Shown here piece by piece: positions 54,958-61,419 of a stretch of 61,419 bases of DNA. Position numbers and translations under genes: made by a program. The DNA comes from Podarcis erhardii (taxonomy: Eukaryota): the NCBI GenBank assembly GCA_964252035.1, contig CAXUOO010000047.1. The stretch is one strand, 5' to 3'. The notes beneath the pieces are model-generated. The model searched no databases. It was given only the letters and a program-made list of their open reading frames with translations, and was not told the DNA's origin. Every line of letters starts with the position of its first letter. The first letter of the stretch is position 1.

Positions 54958-57900
54958 TCATAGAACGATATTTTGAATCGCTATGAGACGCGCTCGATTT
55001 TGTACTTCGGTCCAATCGACATCAGGGAAACAAAGGCGTACTTGTTCACCCTGTAAAACCCAAAAATCAGCAAAGAAGGTGAGGGCTAAAGCAGAACTGG
55101 AAGCCGCAGTGTTTATCTGTACAAACTCGAAATCGAAACAACCGCAATTGAACATGAAAACAAATTAGTCTTACGAGTAGCAACAGCCACATACGAGTCT
55201 TGCACCAGCCAGAAGATGCCACAAAGAAGTAGGGAAGTTTGCGTGTTGTTCTGTATGTATGTACGCGAATAACGTATGTATATATGTATGTGTATGGGGG
55301 TGCATATATGTATGAGCAGTTGTCTGTATACATGCAAGTATGTCTGAAAATTTCACACACGTATGTATACGTACGAATGTATGTATTATGTATGTGCGTA
55401 ATTTGAAGATCCGGAATATACGAAACCAGGTAGACACATGAATATACTGGATGTGTGTCGATTCCTTCTGTATGGGGACTCTTGTTTGGCCGAAAAAAAG
55501 CAGAAAGATGACTTGCCGCAGCAGCAACTAAGTGCAGAGAGAGACAACTCAGCAGGGGTGTACGTACAGACGAGCCGAAGACCAGTCGGTCACACCACTT
55601 TGTTTTCCACCCAAACACATGAAGAGTCAATATCGGGAGAGAAATCAGGCGAATCTCAAGATTTCCACGCAGCAGCAGAAAGAACACTTCTTGCACAGGA
55701 AGAAGGATCTGAAAGAAACACCCACAAAATATACACTTACGACGCTTGAAGAAAAGAACTTACTAGATTCCCAGCAGCGAGAAGCAGAAGCACCCACTCG
55801 CCGCGATCTTTGCGGGCAATACTGGTGTCAACTTGGAGAGCGAGCCAGTCGCCAAAAACGAGCGAAAACCTTGCAGGATAGCGAGGATGCAACTCAATCG
55901 AAAAACTGTTCAAAATCAAAGAAACTGAACCCAAACAACTGCTGCAGCTTGCACTCACACTACCACTGCCTTCTCCCACCCCAACTCCGCCCTCGCCTCC
56001 TCCTCCTGCTGCTGCGCCACCACCACCAGCACTTCCACTACTTGTACTACTACTATTGGTATTATTATTACTGCTGCTGCTTTGGGCAGAGCTGCTGCTT
56101 CTGCAGCAACTGCTGCGAAACGAGCGTTCATCACGAAACCAAAACAAGTGCCCATGTCGAAGCACGAAAAAGCGCCCACTCCAACGCACTCGAGTGCTCC
56201 ACTTCGCCTTTTCAAACGGAGCTGTGTGAACGTGTCCTGTCAAAAAAATAGATGCATGCAACAATTTTACTGAATCAGACCGCACAAAGCAGTTCCTCTC
56301 AACACAACATAGTACACAGTGTGTGAATCTGTCAAAAAAATATATGCATGCACACAATTCTACTGAAGTAGACCGCACAAAGCAGTTCCTCTCAACACAA
56401 CATAATACACACTGTGTGAACGTGTCAAAAAAATATATGCATGCAACAATTCTACTGAATCAGACCCCAAAAAGCAGTTCCTCTCAACACAACATAGTAC
56501 ACACTGTGTGAACGTGTCAAAAAAATATATGCATGCAACAATTTTACTGAATCAGACCGCACAAAGCAGTTCCTCTCAACACAACATAATACACACTGTG
56601 TGAACGTGTCAAAAAAATATATGCATGCAACAATTCTACTGAATCAGACCCCAAAAAGCAGTTCCTCTCAACACAACATAATACACACAGTGTGAAGGTG
56701 TCAAAAAAATATATGCATGCACACAATTTTCTGAATCAGACCGCACAAAGCAGTTCCTCTCAACACAACATAATACACACTGTGTGAAGGTGTCAAAAAA
56801 TTTATGCATGCAACAATTTTACTGAATCAGACCGCACAAAGCAGTTCCTCTCAACACAACATAATACACACTGTGTGAACGTGTCAAAAAAATATATGCA
56901 TGCAACAATTCTACTGAATCAGACCCCAAAAAGCAGTTCCTCTCAACACAACATAGTACACACTGTGTGAACGTGTCAAAAAAATATATGCATGCAACAA
57001 TTTTACTGAATCAGACCGCACAAAGCAGTTCCTCTCAACACAACATAATACACACTGTGTGAACGTGTCAAAAAAATATATGCATGCAACAATTCTACTG
57101 AATCAGACCCCAAAAAGCAGTTCCTCTCAACACAACATAATACACACAGTGTGAAGGTGTCAAAAAAATATATGCATGCACACAATTTTCTGAATCAGAC
57201 CGCAAAAAGCAGTTCCTCTCAACACAACATAATGCAGCAGCAGCAGAAAATCTCACGCGTTTTCCTTCACTGCGCCACCACCCGCTGAACTGCTCAACAC
57301 ACGCAGCAGACACACACGTGCATGCAGCAGCACGAAAAAGAAGAAAGTGTGTGTGCATGCAGCAGCCCAAAAAGAGGAAAGTGTTGTGAGCGAAGCTTGC
57401 GTATTATAAAAGTACAGCAGTTGAGAGAGAGAAAGAGTGCATGCACGAATAATAAGCAAGAAAGGGGACGCGTCGAGGTCCGCAAAAAGCCCAGCAAGTT
57501 GGAGAGCGCAAAACCCCGAGTTGTGGTGTACATACACCTGGTGATGCAGAAGACGGCAGTCGTCCCAAGTGCCGCGCTCAGAACTTTTCCCACCAAAGCT
57601 CCAACAAGAAGAGGCCAGAGCAGCCCCACAAAACACACGGAGAAATGCCACCAAATGTTACAATTCTCTTACACTAAGATTGTACCATTATAGGATAGAT
57701 AGTTTCTACTCGAAAGAAGGGCAGCAGCACAACGAATGCACATGAAAATAAGCAACAGCGCCTGTTTCAGTACATGTCAGCTTCCACTTCCAACAACAGC
57801 AAGACTCAACAACATCGAGAAAGCATTGAGACTCGTGGAAATCTCAAAGAAATCTTCAACATTCGACGCCGCTTCTTTGAAGCCGAGTGCACAAACAGCC

Positions 57901-60900
57901 CCAGCAAAAGCAACAGAGTGTATCCATCACACAACAGTCTACAAATATGCAAATCTCTCTCTCTATATATATACATATATATGTATGTATACACATATGT
58001 ATATTTATGTAGATGTGGAAAACTCTCATGAATCTTCTTTCTCTGTCTTCCTTTTGATGGGAGTTACACACTACTAGGTGATCTTCACAGCTGCAAACAG
58101 TCGACGATATATACGGAGGACTATGCTGCCAGCTGTACGTACACCCCAGTATTGATAGTACAAGTATATGAAAGAATTCATTGCGTCAGGACGCATGTGG
58201 GCTGTCAAATATATTCAAGTTCAATAGTTGCGGTTTTTACGTCTGTCAATGAACTACGAGACGCATTCACTGCCCTCGTTTTACATACAAAAATTCAAAA
58301 ATTTGGTGAGTGTGCTTACAAATAAGACTACAAAGATGTGCAGCGACAGTGCATGCAGTATATACACGAGCAACACAAATGCCGCGACTGCCTTGCTGCA
58401 TGCACTAGCGCGTCACATCTCATTTTACTTATAGACATCACCTACATGGCCAAAGCTTACATTGTTCAAACACTCATATACACGAATTTGATCTTACAAA
58501 CGCCACATTTAAACTAAACGTGGCTAGACTAAATATAAAAATGCTTCCACTCTATCTACATGCTATACATAAATATATATATATATATTCATATATATAT
58601 ATGTATTTATATGGATGTATTATAAGTTTGAAAAACGTTATGTTCAGACAGCAGGGATACAGAGCATGCTAACACAAACGTGGAGGGAGAAGTCAAGACA
58701 AATCACATTCACATGGATATGTGTGTGTAATTTGCAGGTATATAGATTTTCTTGATTGCTTTGTCGAGCTGACTTTTTTCTTATGACGAAACAACAAGAC
58801 ATATACACCATGTGAGTGCGAGTTTGACGTATATTTGAAGAAGTAAAGTCTTCACCTCAACGTAATACATGCGTTTTTACTAATACGCAACAACGGTGCA
58901 ACAACAAATACTTTCTACAAGTTGTACATTCGAACTTGCACATACTAGAAGTAGTAGTAATAGTAGTAATAGTAATAGTAGTAGTAGTACTAATAGTAGT
59001 AGTAGTAGTAGATGGGGAAATTATGAGCCCTTGAAGATGCGTAAGCAGAAAGCTGAGAAGTTTGCGGGGAAAAGGACAGACTCAGCGAGCGAGCGCGAGC
59101 ATGCGAATACAAAAGTGAGAATGGATGAAAAGCCCTCGCAAAAAGGGGATTTCTTTGGTGAGACAAAACATGTACACCAGACACGCTGCTGCTGCAGTAA
59201 TAGCAGACACGCTCTTCCAGCTGAGCAGCAGTAAATAGAGTAAAGAGAAAACAGACAACAACACAAACAAAGGAGTTTGTTGCTTGAGTGAGTATTACCG
59301 TAAACAGTAGGCAACCGCGAAGCCTCGAGCAGTCCTTTGTAGTCGTCGAGAAAGAGAGACCTGTAGCGAATAGCCAAGTGAATGTCAGAAGGGTTGAAAG
59401 CGGTGATTTTGAACTGTTTCATGATCAGTCTCTGCAGCGTTTTCCGCGAAAACTTATTGTGGGAAATGGGAACTGAAGGAGGCAGCAGCAGTGGCTTGGA
59501 AACTGTAGTGGCTTCCACAGAAAAATCAGCAGCACCACCACCACCAGCCACTTCTGCTTCGTTTTTCTTCTGGTTACTAAACCCCAGTCGAGTTGCTAAA
59601 GCTGTGTGAGCAGGACTGACTCGGCTTTCTTTGCTATTACTGCTGCTACTGCTGTTGTTGCTGTTGTTGTTGGTGTTGTTGCTGCTGCTAGTTTCGACGA
59701 AAAGAGTCCCTTTTTGAGGCGTTGCGCGCTGCAGAGTTTGAGAGCCAGTTGGGTTTTTTCTGCTTTCAGTGGTGACTGCATGCGCAGAAGAAGTCGGGAG
59801 AAAATCGCGTCTCCACTCTGCACTGGCGTCAGTCGCTGTTGGCTGTTGCTGCGCTTTGTTCAGCGTCTGGTCCGTGAGCGCCGACGAAAAAGCGGATTTC
59901 TCTGTCGAAGCAGCAGCGCTGATTGGGGACGCATGCGGACGACTGGGAGAAAAAAAGCCAGCTCGCAGTTGTGCTGCTTTTTCTTCGCTTCTTTCCTGCA
60001 AGAAGACGCCGCCTCCTCTAGAGGGGGGGGAAGCAGGACAGGGAGATTCGAAGCCTGCACTGAAATCCTTCTTTTCACCCACAAAAACAGCAGCAGCATG
60101 CACAGGCAAGCCTTCAGGCGTTCTACTCGAAGCAGCAGCAGTAGCCACTCCTGCTCCTGCTCCCCCCCTCAGCACCCCTAAAACCACCAGTATAAAGATC
60201 AGCACCACCACTATTTTTTGCAGGAAAATTAGCACCACCACTTTTTGCAAAAAGATCAGCACCACCACTTTTTGCAAAAAGATTAGCACCACCACTATTT
60301 TTTGCAGGAAGATTAGCACCACCACTATTTTTTGCAGGAAGATTAGCACCACCACTATTTTTTGCAGGGGGGGTGGTGGTGGGGTCTCCTCCTGCGCAGA
60401 GTGGGCCACTTTCTGAGGAAGAAAGTAAAAGTGGAGAAAGCGGTGGAGTCCCTTGTCGCATGCGTGGAGGCGTCAATTCACGCACAAATCCACTTCTGCT
60501 GGAAGACGCTGCAGCAACCCCCTGCTGCTTGGTGGTGGTGAGCAGTCGCTCTTGTGGACTTCTTCTTTGGGGCTGCCTCAGAAAGTGCTGCACGAGCTGC
60601 AGTCGATTCTCCGTGAAATCTCCGCCTGAAAAAATGGCACTTTCCCCTCCTTCTCCTTTTTCTCCGCCTATTCCTCCTTTCGCTGGTGATGTTGAGGTGG
60701 TTGCAGCACTGCTGAGATTAATAACATTGCTGCCGGTTCGACTACTAGTAGTAGTAGTGGAATTCGTTTGCTCACCACCACCACCACCACTACTACTACT
60801 GCTACTGCTACCACCCGCGAAAAGAGGAGAAGAACTCGCTGCAGTTGTTTCAGCAGGCAGAAATCCACTTTTCCTGACGCGAAACGCAGCTGCAGTTTCG

Positions 60901-61419
60901 CTGCAAAACTCAGCTTTTTGAGGCCCACCTGAGACCCAGTGGTGGGGGAAGAAGCTGCTGCTGCTGTTGTCTGTTTTGCCCCAAAACTCAACTTCCTGAG
61001 TAGTGGGCTCTTGCTGCTGCTGAGCTGCTGCTGCTGCTGCTGGTGGTGAGTCGACTGGAAGCCTCTCTGTGGCAGCCATTTCTCGAGAAAAAACGAGTCC
61101 TAACGGTGAAGAAGCAGAAGAAGAAGAAGAAGAAGAAGAAGAAGGGGTGCCTGAGACTGCTGTCTGTGAAGAAGAAGTCTTACCACCACCACCAAGATTA
61201 CTATTATTACTGCTTTCACCGGTGGAGTGTTTGAGGAGATTTTCTTCTTCGGGACTGAGTGCGCGCTTGCTGCTTCGGTGCGTGGTTGGAGGAGAGGCCG
61301 CAGCTTTTGCGAAGAATGCAGCAGAGGGTGGGTGGCCTGCAGCAGCCACTGCCTTTTGTTGAGGCCCCACAGCAAGGAAGAAAAGCCGTTCTTGGTGCTC
61401 TGAGTGCGTCTCTTGTGGG
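54958..61419 (-). CDS. Large low-complexity protein with a C-terminal PH domain, 5' end outside the window; exons >61419-59299 (frame break near 60165), 55798-56236, 55175-55250, 54958-55050
   Basis: Phases join 1,2,0 to give PTVYGHVHTAPFEKAKWSTRVRWSGRFFVLRHGHLFWFRDE...CLGSVSLILNSFSIELHPRYPARFSLVF...TTRKLPYFFVASSGWCKTRMWLLLLGEQVR...IQNIVL*. This has the PH pattern (W-x-x-R-F-F-V-L strand, LG-x-V-x-L, terminal helix with Trp). The upstream frame has no stop up to 61419 and is rich in poly-S/G/Q/T/A. Confidence 0.78.
56222..57233. repeat. Tandem array of 11 x 92 bp with a 459-bp higher-order duplication, in the PH-gene intron and overlapping 15 nt of the exon
   Basis: The anchor gac recurs at 56278, 56371, 56463, 56555, 56647, 56739, 56830, 56922, 57014, 57106 and 57198. 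Units 2-5 match units 7-10 in their variant pattern, and the ORF track shows identical ORFs at 56544 and 57003. Every unit carries TGCATGCA. Confidence 0.97.
58951..59011. repeat. (TAG/TAA)n trinucleotide microsatellite (intronic)
   Basis: Direct reading of the sequence. Confidence 0.9.
60197..60370 (-). repeat. Six-unit minisatellite (30,27,27,30,30,30 bp), probably coding [P/F]AK(N)SGGA[N/D][L/F] repeats
   Basis: The + strand units are gattagcaccaccactattttttgcaggaa and gatcagcaccaccactttttgcaaaaa. All unit lengths are multiples of 3. Confidence 0.92.

Noticed and set aside
56222-57233. CRISPR-like regular array
   Set aside because: Whole units are near-identical with no unique spacers, there are no cas genes, and the context is eukaryotic and intronic.
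57294-57638. Hydrophobic segment LLVGALVGKVLSAALGTTAVFCITR resembling a VTT/TVP38 helix, followed by a GT donor
   Set aside because: There is an in-frame stop just upstream with no usable acceptor, and exons 59299 and 56236 already join in phase without it.
59596-61375. Several long + strand ORFs (191, 215, 182, 97 aa)
   Set aside because: They are antisense shadows of the GC-rich, repeat-rich PH-gene exon; no motifs.
1-61419. tRNA, rRNA, snoRNA or LTR/chromovirus retrotransposon
   Set aside because: I saw no cloverleaf or rRNA signature, no convincing C/D box pair, and no gag/pol motifs or terminal repeats by eye. A tRNAscan-SE, Infernal or RepeatMasker run would be needed to exclude them formally.

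Overview
Eukaryotic, intron-rich genomic DNA, most likely from an Eimeria-like coccidian (Apicomplexa). The taxon is inferred from CAG-type repeats that encode homopolymeric amino-acid runs, recurrent TGCATGCA, dense (AT)n microsatellites and GT-AG introns. I assembled five genes by hand from exon phases and protein motifs. (1) A PUF60-like RRM splicing factor, minus strand, running off the left edge. (2) tRNA-dihydrouridine synthase DUS1, minus strand, 10 exons, 850 aa. (3) An intronless ApiAT/NPT1-family MFS amino-acid transporter, plus strand, 834 aa. (4) Proteasome subunit alpha-5, plus strand, 7 coding exons, 259 aa. (5) A large low-complexity PH-domain protein, minus strand, running off the right edge. 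A sixth, low-confidence hypothetical multi-exon gene spans the 150-N assembly gap. I found no rRNA, tRNA, CRISPR array or recognisable transposon. Most short ORFs in the supplied track are microsatellite or antisense artefacts. I see no evidence for a novel multi-gene system. The most unusual structure is an 11 x 92-bp intronic array with a higher-order duplication, built from the 3' splice site of the PH exon and carrying TGCATGCA in every unit. Also notable are a frame break inside the PH gene next to a frame-preserving minisatellite, a uORF-laden ApiAT leader, and a U2AF65-like RS+ULM N-terminus on the PUF60-like protein.
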